A DNA stretch of 63,939 nucleotides, filler included, from Octopus bimaculoides (taxonomy: Eukaryota), in NCBI RefSeq assembly GCF_001194135.2. It is 9 parts of 9 records of this genome, joined end to end, with 100 filler letters (N's around TTAATTAATTAA, not from the genome) between each part and the next. Parts side by side here need not be neighbours in the genome. Positions count along the whole stretch, not along the records: positions 20,289 to 34,645 come from NC_068986.1; positions 34,746 to 43,035 come from NC_068981.1; 7 more parts are not named here. One strand, given 5' to 3'. Below are positions 25,205 through 38,600 of this stretch, in pieces. Within the stretch, counting starts at the first letter, position 1, and every line of letters begins with the position of its first letter. The position numbers were made by a program, and so were the translations under genes. The notes beneath the pieces were generated by a model. That model did not search any database and had not been told where the DNA came from. It was given only the letters and a program-made list of their open reading frames with translations.

Positions 25205-26190
25205 ATGTATGCATGTGTAAGTATGTATGTATGTATGTATGTATGCATGCATGTATGCATGTATGCATGTATGTAGGTATGTATGTATGTATGCATGTGT
25301 GCATGTATGTATGTATGTATGTATGTATGTATGTATGTATGCATGTGTGCATGTATGTATGCATGTATGTATGTATGTATGTATGNNNNNNNNNNNNNNN
25401 NNNNNNNNNNNNNNNNNNNNNNNNNNNNNNNNNNNNNNNNNNNNNNNNNNNNNNNNNNNNNNNNNNNNNNNNNNNNNNNNNNNNNNNNNNNNNNNNNNNN
25501 NNNNNNNNNNNNNNNNNNNNNNNNNNNNNNNNNNNNNNNNNNNNNNNNNNNNNNNNNNNNNNNNNNNNNNNNNNNNNNNNNNNNNNNNNNNNNNNNNNNN
25601 NNNNNNNNNNNNNNNNNNNNNNNNNNNNNNNNNNNNNNNNNNNNNNNNNNNNNNNNNNNNNNNNNNNNNNNNNNNNNNNNNNNNNNNNNNNNNNNNNNNN
25701 NNNNNNNNNNNNNNNNNNNNNNNNNNNNNNNNNNNNNNNNNNNNNNNNNNNNNNNNNNNNNNNNNNNNNNNNNNNNNNNNNNNNNNNNNNNNNNNNNNNN
25801 NNNNNNNNNNNNNNNNNNNNNNNNNNNNNNNNNNNNNNNNNGTATGCATGTACATACATATGAGTATATGTATGCGTACATATATAAATGTTTGTATATA
25901 TGTATGCGCTTATGTTTGCATGAGTGTATGCATATATGTATTTGGTATGTGAGCGTATGCTGTGCATGTGTCTATGTATGCATGTATAAATGCATACATG
26001 TACACATGTATACCTGTATGTATGCCTGTATGCGCATATGAATATATCTATGTATATATGTATGTATGGTTCTATATATGTATATTTGTATGTATGTACA
26101 TATGTATGTGTCTGTGTGTCATCTTGTGTGCATGTATTTGTGTATGTATGTAAGCATGCATGTATGTATGCGCATAAGTGTATGTAGATG
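25205..26190. repeat. (ATGT)n-derived degenerate microsatellite around a gap
   Basis: Direct inspection. Confidence 0.85.
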
Positions 26191-26466
26191 AGTACGTTTT
26201 GCCTTCTAAATCGATAATTTGGTGTTTGTTTAAGCAGTATTGTAAAAATATTTTTTGACTAGAGGTCTTGCTCGTTCCGACCATCCTCTGCGCAACTCAT
26301 CATTTTTGAAATCTGATGTACAATCAGATTTATATACTTCCTGATACCGCGTTCCTCTATTGTGTATGAAATGCGAAACATCGTCCTTTCTGCAAGAATC
26401 CATGTCTGGCCACGCCATTGATAAAGGTCAGTTTGTACATATCTGGTTACTTCCAGAATTACCGGT

Positions 26467-26916
26467 AGGCGGCGAGCTGGCAGAAACGTTAGCACGCCGG
26501 GCGAAATGCTTAGAGGTAATTTCGTCTGCCGCTACGTTCTGAGTTTAAATTCCGCTGGAGTCGACTTTGCCCTTCATCCTTTCGGGGTCGATTAAATAAG
26601 TACCATTTACGCACTGGAGTCGATATAATTGACTTAATCCCTTTGTCTGTCCTTGTTTGTCCCCTCTGTATGTAGCCTCTTATGGGCAGTAAAGAAATAA
26701 GAATCGTTAGCGCGCTGGGCGAAATGCTTAGTGGTTTTTCGTTTGCCGCTACGTTCTGAGTTCAAATTATGCCGAGGTCGACTTTGCCTTTCATCCTTTC
26801 GGGGTCGATTAAATAAGTACCATTTGCGCACTAGGGTCGATATAATCGACTTAATCCCTTTGTCTGTCCTTGTTTGTCTCCTCTGTGTTTAGCCCCTTGT
26901 GGGCAGTAAAGAAATA
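26467..26916 (+). mobile_element. Head-to-tail dimer of family-A SINE inside one 12-bp TSD
   Basis: Monomer 1 at 26467-26700; monomer 2 at 26701-26916 lacks the first ~14 nt. AGAATTACCGGT lies at 26455-26466 and 26917-26928. Confidence 0.92.
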
Positions 26917-27029
26917 AGAATTACCGGTTTTCTAGTTGGACGACCAATGCCTTAAGCCCACTCTGTGTGTGTGCGTGTGTGTCTGTGTGTGTTTGTGCGT
27001 GTGTGTGTGTGTGTTTATAGCGTGCATGT

Positions 27030-27245
27030 ACGTTTTATATGTCCCACTAACTCCACTTGACAACGGGTGTTGGTTTGTTTACGTCAATATAATTTAGCGG
27101 TTCGGCAAAAGAAATCCATAGAATAAGTAGAAGACTTTAAAGATAAGTATTGCTGTCGATTCGAACGACTAAAACCTTTCAATGCGGTGCTTCAGCATGG
27201 CTGCATTTCAGTGACTGGAACAAGTTTATGAAACAGGTAAAAGAT
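27030..27245 (+). mobile_element. SINE family B 3' half
   Basis: CTTGACAACGGGTGTTGGTTTGTTTACGTC...GCGGTTCGGCAAAAG...GCGGTGCTTCAGCATGGCTGC. Confidence 0.8.
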
Positions 27246-27429
27246 ACAGGATAGAGCCAAAAGTATGTTTTTCGGTATTTGATTTGTAGATTCTTCATCA
27301 ATGGTCCATATTTGTCTTCCTTCTTCTGTATTTTTTCCTTACGACATCGATTGCGAACACGCCAGCTATCTTTCACGGCAGAGCATGCTTTTATTTTGAG
27401 GTCCTAAACATCAGCGCAAGTATATTCTA

Positions 27430-27630
27430 ATTTGGCCTCAAATTTTGGCACAAGTTCAGCAAGTCGATTACATAACTTCCAGTGCTCAACTGGTACTTAT
27501 TTTATTGACCGTGAGAAGATGAAAAACAAAGTCGACCTCGGCGGAATTTGAACTCAGAACGTAAAGACGAGAGAAATGCCGCTAAGCATTTTGCTCGGCG
27601 TGCTAACGATTCTGCCAGCGCGCCACCTTC
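27430..27630 (-). mobile_element. SINE family A
   Basis: Family-A core and head on the minus strand. Confidence 0.88.
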
Positions 27631-27894
27631 ATAAAGTATTTTAATTTGGCTGTTATTCTTAGATTCTGCAAACATTCTTTTAATCCATCGTTCTCAATAT
27701 GTCCAGTTACATTTGCTGTCATCTGCGTTCTTTCTTATTCTTTTCCGAACGGTTGTGGCTATTACATCATATCGCATGGCAACACAGTATCTTCAAAAAC
27801 ATTCTCTCACAATTGACAATGGCTTCAGAAGGCGAATGGCTTCAGTTTAAATTTTAGATAGTCTGCATTTGTTGTATGTATGTGGATATGTTTG

Positions 27895-28200
27895 GATAGA
27901 TGGATGGACGGACGGACGGACGGACGGACGGACGGACGGACGGACGGACGGACGGACGGACGGACGGACGAATGGACGGGCGAGTGGTTGGATGGATGGA
28001 TGGATGGATGGATGGATGGATGAATTGATGGATGGATGCATGGGTGGATGAATAAACGGGTGGCTAGGTGAATCCGTAGATGAATGGATGGATGGATGGA
28101 TGGATGGATGGACGGACGGACGGACGGACGGACGGGTGGATGTATGGAAAGATGAACGGACTGGTGGATGGATGGATGGATGTTTGGACGGCCAGTGAAT
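27895..28200. repeat. Compound (GGAC)n/(GGAT)n tetranucleotide repeat
   Basis: Direct inspection. Confidence 0.92.
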
Positions 28201-28794
28201 GGATAGACTGATGACCGTACGCCTGCATGCTTCGCTTTGCAACCATGACTTCTGGAGTTCGATCCCACTGTTTAGTATCTTGTACAAGTGTCTTCCACCA
28301 TAAACACGGGTTGACGCAAACCTATCAGTAAAATATTATATTCAGAAAACCAGCGAGAAAACTTGTCTGACTGCCAATGACAATGGTTCCCAGGTCCAGA
28401 TTTGTCATGGACTGTGGCATGTGGTTCTGTCACTTACAACCTAATTAAATGCACATTTCGGTTCATTGCAGAACGGTGAAGTCATCGTCGAAACCGACGG
28501 AGATCCATCTACTTATAAGTTTTATTTTTTTAATGTTTGTATATTTCAGTATATGTATGCATGTGCGTATGTATGTCTGCGTGTATATATGAATATATGT
28601 AGTATAAATGTATGCAACATGTGTATGAATGCATCAATGTATGTATGCATGTATGCATGGATGGATGGATGGATGTCTGCATCATTAAATCAACGTATAT
28701 AGTTATATACATGTGTATGTATGAAGATATGTATGTACGTATGTATATATATATGTGTGTGTATGTGCGTGTGTGTCTGTATGTATGTATATAC

Positions 28795-28836
<42 letters not shown>

Positions 28837-28960
28837 NNNNNNNNNNNNNNNNNNNNNNNNNNNNNNNNNNNNNNNNNNNNNNNNNNNNNNNNNNNNNNNN
28901 NNNNTATGCATGTATATATATATGTATATGCATATGAATGTATCTATATATGTATATATG

Positions 28961-29012
<52 letters not shown>

Positions 29013-29219
29013 TGTGTGCGTGTATATATGTGTGTGTGTGTGTATATAGACGAAGAAGAAGAAGGAAAAGAAGAAAGCGATGTGTATCTATGTGTGTGTG
29101 TGTCTGTGTGCGTATGTGTTATGTGTTAAGTGTGTGTATGTGTATGATGTATATATATATATGTGTGTGTGTGTGTGCGTATCTGTGCATGCGCGCACAC
29201 GCACATACACACACACGCA

Positions 29220-29259
<40 letters not shown>

Positions 29260-29527
29260 CACAGACACACATACACACGCACACACACACACACTCACAG
29301 GAACGCACGCACTCATGCGTGTAGGTAACACTTGCAGCCAAGAGATCAGGTGCTAGCTGCTGTCAGGATAAAATTCGATAAAAGAATTAAATCTTTTTAT
29401 TCCATTTAAGGTGTATCTTGTGTGCGAGCAATACAGATTATGTTGCATTTTTATGACAGCATATTAGCTGCACTGATATATTAACCAGCATATCTGTCTC
29501 CTTGGTTCACATGCTCTAGCTCTAGCC

Positions 29528-29528
29528 G

Positions 29529-29615
<87 letters not shown>

Positions 29616-30517
29616 TTGCTGTTGTTGTTGGTGGTGGTGGTGGTGAACTTGTTGATATTGTTGGTGAGGATGGTCGTGGCGATGGTCGTGGTGGTGATGG
29701 TTANNNNNNNNNNNNNNNNNNNNNNNNNNNNNNNNNNNNNNNNNNNNNNNNNNNNNNNNNNNNNNNNNNNNNNNNNNNNNNNNNNNNNNNNNNNNNNNNN
29801 NNNNNNNNNNNNNNNNNNNNNNNNNNNNNNNNNNNNNNNNNNNNNNNNNNNNNNNNNNNNNNNNNNNNNNNNNNNNNNNNNNNNNNNNNNNNNNNNNNNN
29901 NNNNNNNNNNNNNNNNNNNNNNNNNNNNNNNNNNNNNNNNNNNNNNNNNNNNNNNNNNNNNNNNNNNNNNNNNNNNNNNNNNNNNNNNNNNNNNNNNNNN
30001 NNNNNNNNNNNNNNNNNNNNNNNNNNNNNNNNNNNNNNNNNNNNNNNNNNNNNNNNNNNNNNNNNNNNNNNNNNNNNNNNNNNNNNNNNNNNNNNNNNNN
30101 NNNNNNNNNNNNNNNNNNNNNNNNNNNNNNNNNNNNGGTGGTGGTGTTGGCGGCGGTGGTGGCGATGATGATGATGATGGTGATGGTGTTGGTGGTGGTA
30201 GTGGTAGTGGTAGTGGTTATTCTAATGGTATTGTAGAGTTCTTTGGGTTGTAGTAGTGATGGTGGTATTAGTGGTGGTGGTAGTAGTGGTGGTGGTAGTA
30301 GTGGTGGTGGTTGTGATGGCGGCGGTGGTGGTGGTGGTGATAGTGATGGAGATGGTGGTAGTTATGTCAGTAGTATTGTAGTTAGAGTTCTTTGGGTGGT
30401 GGTAGTGGTGGTGGTGGTGATTATTGTCTTTCGTGTTCTTGTTGATGTTGGTCTTTGTGTTTTTTTTTTCTTTTAATGCTTTTATCAATACTGCTGCTGC
30501 TGTTGTTGCTGCACTCG

Positions 30518-30555
<38 letters not shown>
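29528..30555. repeat. (GTT)n, (GGT)n and (TAG)n trinucleotide tracts around a gap
   Basis: Direct inspection. Confidence 0.9.
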
Positions 30556-30557
<2 letters not shown>

Positions 30558-30710
30558 CGTTTTTACTGCTGATAGTAATTAGTTGATGATAGTGTTTTGA
30601 TATATCTTTGCAAGATACAACACGAATGCCAAAACATGCATACTCGCAAACACATAGAGACACATAAAATGCACACATACACTGACAGGCACACAAACAC
30701 GCACACACAT

Positions 30711-30750
<40 letters not shown>

Positions 30751-30820
30751 GTAGTACCAACGCACGAAACTCTCGGACCTTGAGTCACTCTGTTCTGCTA
30801 AATATGAATATATATGAATA

Positions 30821-31415
30821 TATACACAGACATGCAGGAAATAAATAGACACCTTTAATTTTCAAAACCTTTTATTTAATACGTAAATAGCCATAATACC
30901 CAAGCTTATGCAGATATGTAACACGCGTTCTTGGACTAACTTCTAGCTGTTTTGCAATGTCAGAAGCCTTCGAACGGGGTTCATTTTCCACAATTCTCTT
31001 CAAACAGCGAAGCTTCCTTTCCGAGGGCCTAGGTCGGCCGGGACGAGAATTTGTTGATTCTTTTCCTTGGCTTTTGAATTGCATTATAATTCTATTAACA
31101 GTAGCAAAAGGAATTTGAAGATTTTCGGCAATTTTTCGCTGGCTAAGACCAACCTCAGATTGCCCAACAATACGACTTCTTTGAAAATCTGACAGTTCCG
31201 CTGAATTTTTTGTACGTGGCGTGGTTACTCTTCACAAATGTTTAATGTAATGGCACCTGGAATGAAAAAGAATAATTACATTGTAAATTCTACACCGCTG
31301 AAAACATATTAAGACGCTTAAACCAGAAATTTTGAAAATTAAAGGTGTTTATTTACTTCCTGCATGTCTGTGTGTACATATATATTAGTTGCTCGTTTTT
31401 CGGAGATAATTGCTG
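30821..31415 (-). mobile_element. Internally deleted Tc1-family DNA transposon (transposase N-terminal HTH region) with inverted repeats
   Basis: Minus strand: PRTKNSAELSDFQRSRIVGQSEVGLSQRKIAENLQIPFATVNRIIMQFK...RPGRPRPSERKLRCLKRIVENEPRSKASDIAKQL. About 47-bp inverted repeats at 30821-30867 and 31330-31376; right end ...GCTG followed by TA. Confidence 0.85.
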
Positions 31416-32389
31416 TACTGATGACGCTTAGAGAGGTAGAAGTACACACAAACACACACGCGCACACACACACTCACACACACACCTGTGCGTGTGTGTG
31501 CGTGTGATGGAGGAGAAGGAGGGGAAGAGGGGAGATGGAGGATGAGGAATGTGAGCTGTGATGTTCAAGTCTTCCACAGGCCAAGGGACGTGAGCAAAGT
31601 TTTCGAGTGACGGAAGCATAGACTAGCCAATGAGGAAGCCATGGTCATGCGGTTCCTCTACTTGCTAGAAACAGTAACTAACTCTAACTCAAATTGAACA
31701 TCAGGCTTCCTTAACATAATTGAAAATAAAAATCAACTCTGACATTGCAGTCCTAGACAAAGTTTGCGTGGAAATAAAAGTTGGATGTTCTTGGCTGGAA
31801 CGCTTTGGATAATTGTTGTGTTAGATTAGAGTTGTTCTAGGCTTAAAAAAATTCTTTCTATTATAGGTACAGGGCACGGAATTTTGAGGGAAAAGCTAGT
31901 CAATTACGTCGACCCCTGTGCTCGACCAGTACTTATTTCATCGACCTCGAAAAAAATGAACGGCGAACTCACCCCCTGCTGAATTTGCACGACGTATAAA
32001 CAATTCTACCAGTTCACCGTCTTTCTCTGCATTTAACTAATACCAACGAAGACGGTCACATTGAATAATGTAGTCCTAGATACAATTTCCAAGTTTTGAT
32101 CTTGGATCTGCTTGAGAGACTTTAATCCAGTGCAACGGATTGGATGAATCGTTAGAATGTCGGATTAAATGCCTTGTGGTATTTGTTGTGTACTGAAGTT
32201 TGAGTACCACCATGACCTACCTGGATGGTTGACGGAATTTATCACCAGGTTTAAAACCACTATCATATGGCACTTTGTGTTCCTTTAGTGGAGTTCACTT
32301 CGTTGCAAGCTTTCGGGCCCTCCTTCCCGCTTTCCGACCAGTCACGAGGGCCCTGTAATGGGGCAAGAGCACAGCCTTCCCACTTGACT

Positions 32390-32776
32390 TTTGTTGCTGG
32401 CACTCCGTCGCTTACGACGTCGAGGGTTCCAGTTGATCCGATCAACGGAACAGACTGCTCGTAAAATTAACGTGCAAGTGGCTGAGCACTCCACAGACAC
32501 GTGTACCCTTAACGTAGTTCTCGACGATATTCAGCGTGACACAGTGTGACAAGGCTGACCCTTTGAATTACAGGCACAACAAAAACAGGAAATAAGAGTG
32601 AGAGAAAGTTGTGGTGAAAGAGTACGGCAGGGTTCGCCACCATCCCCTGCCGGAGCCACGTGGAGCTTTAGGTGTTTTCGCACAATAAACACCCACAATA
32701 CCCGGTCTTGGAATCGAAACCGCGATCCTATGACCGCGAGTCCGCTGCCCTAACCACTGGGCCATTGCGCCTCCAC
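32390..32776 (-). mobile_element. Full-length SINE family C with 12-bp TSD
   Basis: Head TGGAGGCGCAATGGCCCAGTGGTTAGGGCAGCGG...GGTTTCGATTCC (A/B boxes). TCCCACTTGACT lies at 32378-32389 and 32777-32788. Confidence 0.95.
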
Positions 32777-33764
32777 TCCCACTTGACTAAAAGATAAAAA
32801 AAATACAGTATCATCAGCAAGTAACATCAGTACTTTAAATCTTGCATTCAGACACAGCCTAATGCTATATCATGAGCACTACAAGTACTCAGTTATACAC
32901 ACTCGTACACCCATTAACTGTAATATAGATATGAATACTCAAGGAGAATAACATAGAAAAATCGATTATCATCGACTGAAGGGGTAATAATTCAAAACAG
33001 AATCTATATATCATACTTAAAGTAGATGCATCGTCGAAAGCCAGCTAAACTGCGGATTTGTCTCGAGAAAGCAGAAATATTTTAGTAACAGAGGAAAATA
33101 GTCAGCAGCGTTGACGACGTTGCTAAATATATATTTCTGCCTCTTTGTGCTTCGCCAATAGCAGTTGTCCACCGGCAAATGCATGCTGCGACAAAATTCA
33201 ACCACACTGATATATTAAAACAGTGATTTAAAAAATCACTGTTGTTTACAGACTATCAACGATATATTTGCTTTAAATGTAGTCAGAGATATTCTGTGAT
33301 ATCCAATGACACCTGCTCCACTGAATCTGAAGAAAATTGTTTCACATATAGTCTATGTGAGAAAAAGAAACACTGGGACTGCGGGTTGAAGTAATCTCAA
33401 CTGACGACAATATTCCCTTGCATACTCTCAACCATTCGCTGATGATCACATGAGGAGAGAGTCTACAATTGCTTCGTAAAGACCGAACCACGGAAGGAGG
33501 TAGTGGAGAAAGTGTAGAGGCAGTTGTCATTAGACAGTAGTGAAGTTAAAGTAGCTTAAATTAACTAGAGAAGTAAAGCTAATTAATTTAACTACCAAGA
33601 AACTTAATTATAGTAACACTTGTGAAACTGTAACATTTTATCGCCAACAGATAATTGTGCGTTAAAAAATTGTTTTAAGTAAAAGCATTCGTTGCTGCCT
33701 TTCCTGTAAGTAGTAGTGGTAGGAGGAGGAGGAGGAGGAGGAGGTGCGGCAGCAGCAGCAGTAC

Positions 33765-33800
<36 letters not shown>

Positions 33801-33888
33801 CAGTAGTAGTGGGAGCGATGGTAACTGAAGGTGTTTTTTTCCACATTTGTGTTAACACTTCTTAACGTCCTACACAAACCCCACTGTA

Positions 33889-33970
33889 TGCGTGTGCGTA
33901 TGCGTGTGCGTATGCGTGTGCGTATGCGTGTGCGTATGCGTGTGCGTATGCGTGTGCGTATGCGTGTGCG
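33889..33970. repeat. 12-bp minisatellite (TATGCGTGTGCG)x~7
   Basis: Direct inspection. Confidence 0.92.
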
Positions 33971-34264
33971 TGTGTATTCGTAGGTGTGTGTAGGTATGTG
34001 TATGTGAGTTCGTGTGTATATATACAATTATAAATAAATAGATACATACATACACACAAACACACAAACACAGAGACTCACCTACAAATACATATATTAA
34101 GATTCAGAACACACAAAATAATTCAATTGCTTAAAGTTTCGTGCATTAGCTCTAATCAGACCACACTTCAGTTCAGACCCACCGCGCAGCAACTTGATGT
34201 TATCTACGGTATCCTGATAGATATACGTACATAGGCAAACATACACACATATATTTATATATGT

Positions 34265-34430
34265 AGGCGCACGCGTGGCTGTGTGGTAAGTAGCTCGCTT
34301 ACCAACTACATGGTTCCGGGTTCATTCCCACTGCATGGCACCTTGGGCAAGTGTCTTCTACTATAGCCTCGGGCCGACCAAAATCTTGTGAGTGGATTTG
34401 GTAGACGGAAAATGAAAGAAACCCGTCTTA
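34265..34430 (+). mobile_element. SINE family B (CORE-like)
   Basis: AGGCGCACGCGTGGCTGTGTGGTAAGTAGC...CACCTTGGGCAAGTGTCTTCTACTATAGCCTCGGGCCGACC. Confidence 0.92.
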
Positions 34431-34745
34431 TATTGCCTCATCTTCGAAACGCCTAGTTTAGAATAGAGGCAGCTGATGAAGGAAAAGTTCCTATAAGTGG
34501 TTTGTCTGTTTTCCTATGCCCGGATATGCGTCTATATATATATACATGTAGATGTAGGTATGCACATATATGTATGTATATATGCATATGCTCATATATC
34601 ATTTGTATTATATATATATATACATATATATATATATACATATATNNNNNNNNNNNNNNNNNNNNNNNNNNNNNNNNNNNNNNNNNNNNTTAATTAATTA
34701 ANNNNNNNNNNNNNNNNNNNNNNNNNNNNNNNNNNNNNNNNNNNN

Positions 34746-35626
34746 TATTTATTATTGATGTTGTTTTATTGTCTATTTTGATTTTTGGGAGATATAATCT
34801 GTGGTACATTCTAAGATCTGTGGTTTTCAGTTCTTTGGTTATTCTCATTTTCATAGTATCGTAATTAATAGGTTTCCCTTCGTTATTCCCAGGCTTTAGA
34901 TTTGTTTTGCCTTTCTTTTCATTCATATGTTTGTCTGTGGTGTTCTGGATTGGTGCTTTTTGTACACTATTATACATCTCTACGGTCTGGGTTTGTTGTT
35001 TTTTGTTTACTTCGTTTTTGCCGGAAATGTTACGTTTGTCCTCGTGTTTTACTATCTCAGTGTCTATATTATTATTTGGGATTGCTGTGTGACTACTATC
35101 TAGGTCTTCCTGATGTATTTTTCCTTTCAATTGTTCTATTTCTATTTCTGATATTTGTTTTGCTTTTAGAATATATCTTCTTATGTTAGTTAGTTTGTTA
35201 GGGTCCATTGTTTTATCGAGGTCTTTATTTACATTATTTTTCTTCCATATTTTATATGTATGCGTTGTTGCGTTTTCGTTTTTTTGGGGTAGAGCATTGC
35301 TGTGAAATAAGCGTGTAGGATCGAAATGTATTCCTCACGTGTCCATTTATGCCGTTTTGGTTTTGTTTGCGGGATATGAGGAACAACGTCCGGCCCTTTA
35401 TTTTCACGGTCATCGTTTTCGTAGGGTACCGGTTCGTTCATTTCTGTTGTCAGATTGTTTTGCACGTTCAGATCTTCGTACTTTTTGCGTAACAAGCTTA
35501 CAGTACGCACTTCTCAGTTGTTATTCTTGGGTGGAATAATACCGGTGTTATTTAATCTGTTTGTAATTTTTTTGTACATGCTGTTTTTGGGTTCGGAGAT
35601 GGTCTGATTTTGGTGTAACACGTGTG

Positions 35627-35627
<1 letters not shown>
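34746..35627 (-). mobile_element. 5' end (UTR + N-terminal ORF) of an R4/Dong-clade LINE, cut by an assembly spacer
   Basis: KPKRHKWTREEYISILHAYFTAMLYP...DPNKLTNIRRYILKAKQISEIEIEQLK resembles the R4/Dong N-terminus and the LTEQRLCDQVRAIRKR..FTEVELEAIK segment of the adjacent copy. It starts directly after (TAA)n. Confidence 0.7.

Positions 35628-35673
<46 letters not shown>
35628..35673. repeat. (TAA)n tract separating two tandem R4/Dong elements
   Basis: Direct inspection. Confidence 0.95.
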
Positions 35674-35674
<1 letters not shown>

Positions 35675-38600
35675 GCCTTTGCACAGCTTCTAACGCTGGA
35701 GATGCACTACTGTGTCAGTTGTTCACTACCAGTGAACTAAGGTAACACCTCTTATTTTTCGAGCAACTTCTGGAGTATTCGAGCGGTTCGAAGCAGTGCT
35801 GTTTTCTGCAAGAGCTCCACCCTTATTGCGGCCCCTATTTGTTCCATGTACTTCTCGATACGATATTTTTACTCACTGTTCCCAGGGCTCCGACAATTAT
35901 TGGTACCACCTTTTTCATCGACCACAACTGTTTTACCTCCCAAGCTAACCTGTCATACCTATCGACCACAACTGTTTTACCTCCCAAGCTAACTTGTGAT
36001 ACCTATCGATTTTTCTTTCTTCCTTATCGCATACTTTGTTGTCAGCTGGGCATGCTATATCTATGATCCAGCATAGTTTACTTTCTTTCTCAATTAAGAC
36101 TATGCCTGGCTTCCTATTTTCTATCTCATGGTCGCACTAAATCATAAAATTCCATAGGATCTTTGCATTATCATTTTCGATGATGCCATCGGGTTTGTGG
36201 TCGCACAAATTTTTTTCTCTGTCAAGATCATACTTGTTGCAAAGCGTCCAGTGGACAAACCTTGCTATATTGTCGTGGCGTCTCTTATATTCCTTCTGGG
36301 CTAGTGGCGTACATTGGCTGATAATATGCCATACGGTTTCACTATTTTGTCTACAGATTCTGCACTTATCACTTTCTGATGTATTGTCTACTCTATATTT
36401 TATGTAGTTTGTTCTTAGTGCTTGCTCTTGGGCAGCACAGATTAGAGCCTCTGTTTCCAGTTTTAAATCACTTTTAGTCATCCACAGCCATCTTTTTTTT
36501 CTGTCTGTCTTATCTTCAACATCCCTATGAAATTTTCCATGCATTCTTTTGTTTACCCATCTATTTTCTGTTTCATTCGTTTTCAATCTTTGTACAGTGC
36601 TTCATCTTTGCAATCTTTCATCCTACACAAGCCTGACCTTCTTACTTCTAGTAATAGTGGTTCTGTGGCATTTTTTACATACCATGCTATGTTGTTTTCT
36701 TCTGCTCTAATGCTGTGTTCGCATCCAATAAGTCCTCTTCTCCCCTTTTTCTTGGTACATACAGTCTGTCTGTGTCACTTTTTGGGTAGAGTGTCCCATA
36801 TCTAGTTACCAACTTCCTTATCTTTCTGTCTAAGCTGTTTAGTTCGTCTACTGTCCATGCGATTACCCCCTGCTCCATATCTAAGGAGTGGAACCACCCA
36901 AGTGTTGATAGCTTCGATCTTATTCCGTCCGTTTGATTTCGATTTTAGGATCAGTCTCAATCTGCGCAAGTACTTCACCTTAAATTTTTCTATCATTTCT
37001 TTCTCCATCAATTTATCCATTTCCAAAATTCCCAAGTACTTATAGCCCGTCTCTTCTATCTGTTTCATAATCTCCCTCGACGGTATCGATAGCCTATCCA
37101 TACATTTGATTTAGCCTCTCTTCAAGACTAACACACCACACTTTTTCAGTCCTAACACCATTCTGATATCAACACTGAAGGTACACACCGTATCAACGAG
37201 AGAACTGACTTGGGCTTCATCTTTACCATAAAGTTTGAGGTCATCCATGAATAACAAATGGTTGACTTTTTGTTGGCGACTTTTGAATACATACCCAGCT
37301 TTTGCTTTCCTCAGAATCAGTGTCTGTGGTATCAATCACAGTACAAAGATCAGTGGGGACAGGCAGTCCCCTTCGAAGATGCCCCTCCTAATTTCTACTG
37401 TCCCTAAACCTCTTCCGTATGCTGTCAAGTCCGTCCTCCAATTCGCCATATTTTTCCAAGCAATCGCTCAACATTCGATGCAATCCCAAACAGGTTCATA
37501 CACTCCATAATCTGAGAATGTGGGATCATATCGTACGCCTTACGATAGTCGATCCATGACATGGCTAAGTTACTTCTCCTCTTGCAGTCTCTGAGTACAG
37601 TTTTATCTATCAGTGGTTGATCTTTGGTACCTCTGCACTTACGCTTGCAACCCTTCTGCTCATGTGGCAGGACTCCATTTTTTTCCAGATGTTCGTACTT
37701 TCACTCTGCGAGTATTCCAGTTACTAACTTCCACATAAGTGGCAAACAGGATATCGACCTGTAATTGTCTACCGTATTGCCTTTTTCGATGTTTTTCAAG
37801 CACAACACTGTCCTACCCAATGTCAACCACTCCACTGTTGCTTGGTCGGCATTTAACAAGGTTGAGTTGCGCAGCTATTCGTGCATGACATTCACCAAAT
37901 CTTTTGATCCAGTAGCCTTGAACTCCATCTGGTCCTGGGGCATTCCAGTTGCTCATTTTTTCACTGATTCCCTTCACTTCCCTAACTGAAATTACTAGTT
38001 CTGCCTGTTTTGGACAGACTACTGTTTGTTTCAGTTCTTGCAACCATTCAGCATCCTTCTTGTGCTCCTTGCCTTTGCTCCAGATGTCACTCTAAAACCT
38101 TTGACTTTCAATGTTATCTGGTATCAACTTTTCATTTGTACACCCTCCATTTATTTCTTTATAGAATCTCTTCTGATCTACTCTGAATAACCTATTCTGG
38201 TGGAAACCCTTCATTCTTTGATCGTATCTTACCATCTTTGCTTTCTTTGCAACGAGACGCTGTTTCAGTTCCTCCATCACCACTTTCAGGCCCTTTCTTT
38301 CAATATTATACTTCCTTTTCAGCGCCCTGTATTTTTGTTCGCTTTTAAGCTCCCCTTTCTCTTTTCGGTCTAACAGAGAGATTTACTTCGAGAGCATATC
38401 TAACCCTGCCTGTATTCTTCTTTTCCACCACGGATCTTTTCTTTTGTCATTCCCATTATGTTTCTTTTTCTTGACACCGACACCCACGTTTTCTGCTACA
38501 ATACTTGCTGCCTTGATCAAATGATTTCTTTCTGTGATGTTGTTTGTTCTGATATATTTCAAAATTTCATTGACATTTTTCGTTTCTTGGTTCAATTTCC

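Noticed and set aside
27255-27376. KEKIQKKEDKYGPLMKNLQ peptide resembling an RLE C-terminus
   Set aside because: Too short and decayed to assign with confidence.
28471-28520. Good acceptor followed by NGEVIVETDGDPSTY
   Set aside because: The donor (GTTTTA) is poor; unsupported.
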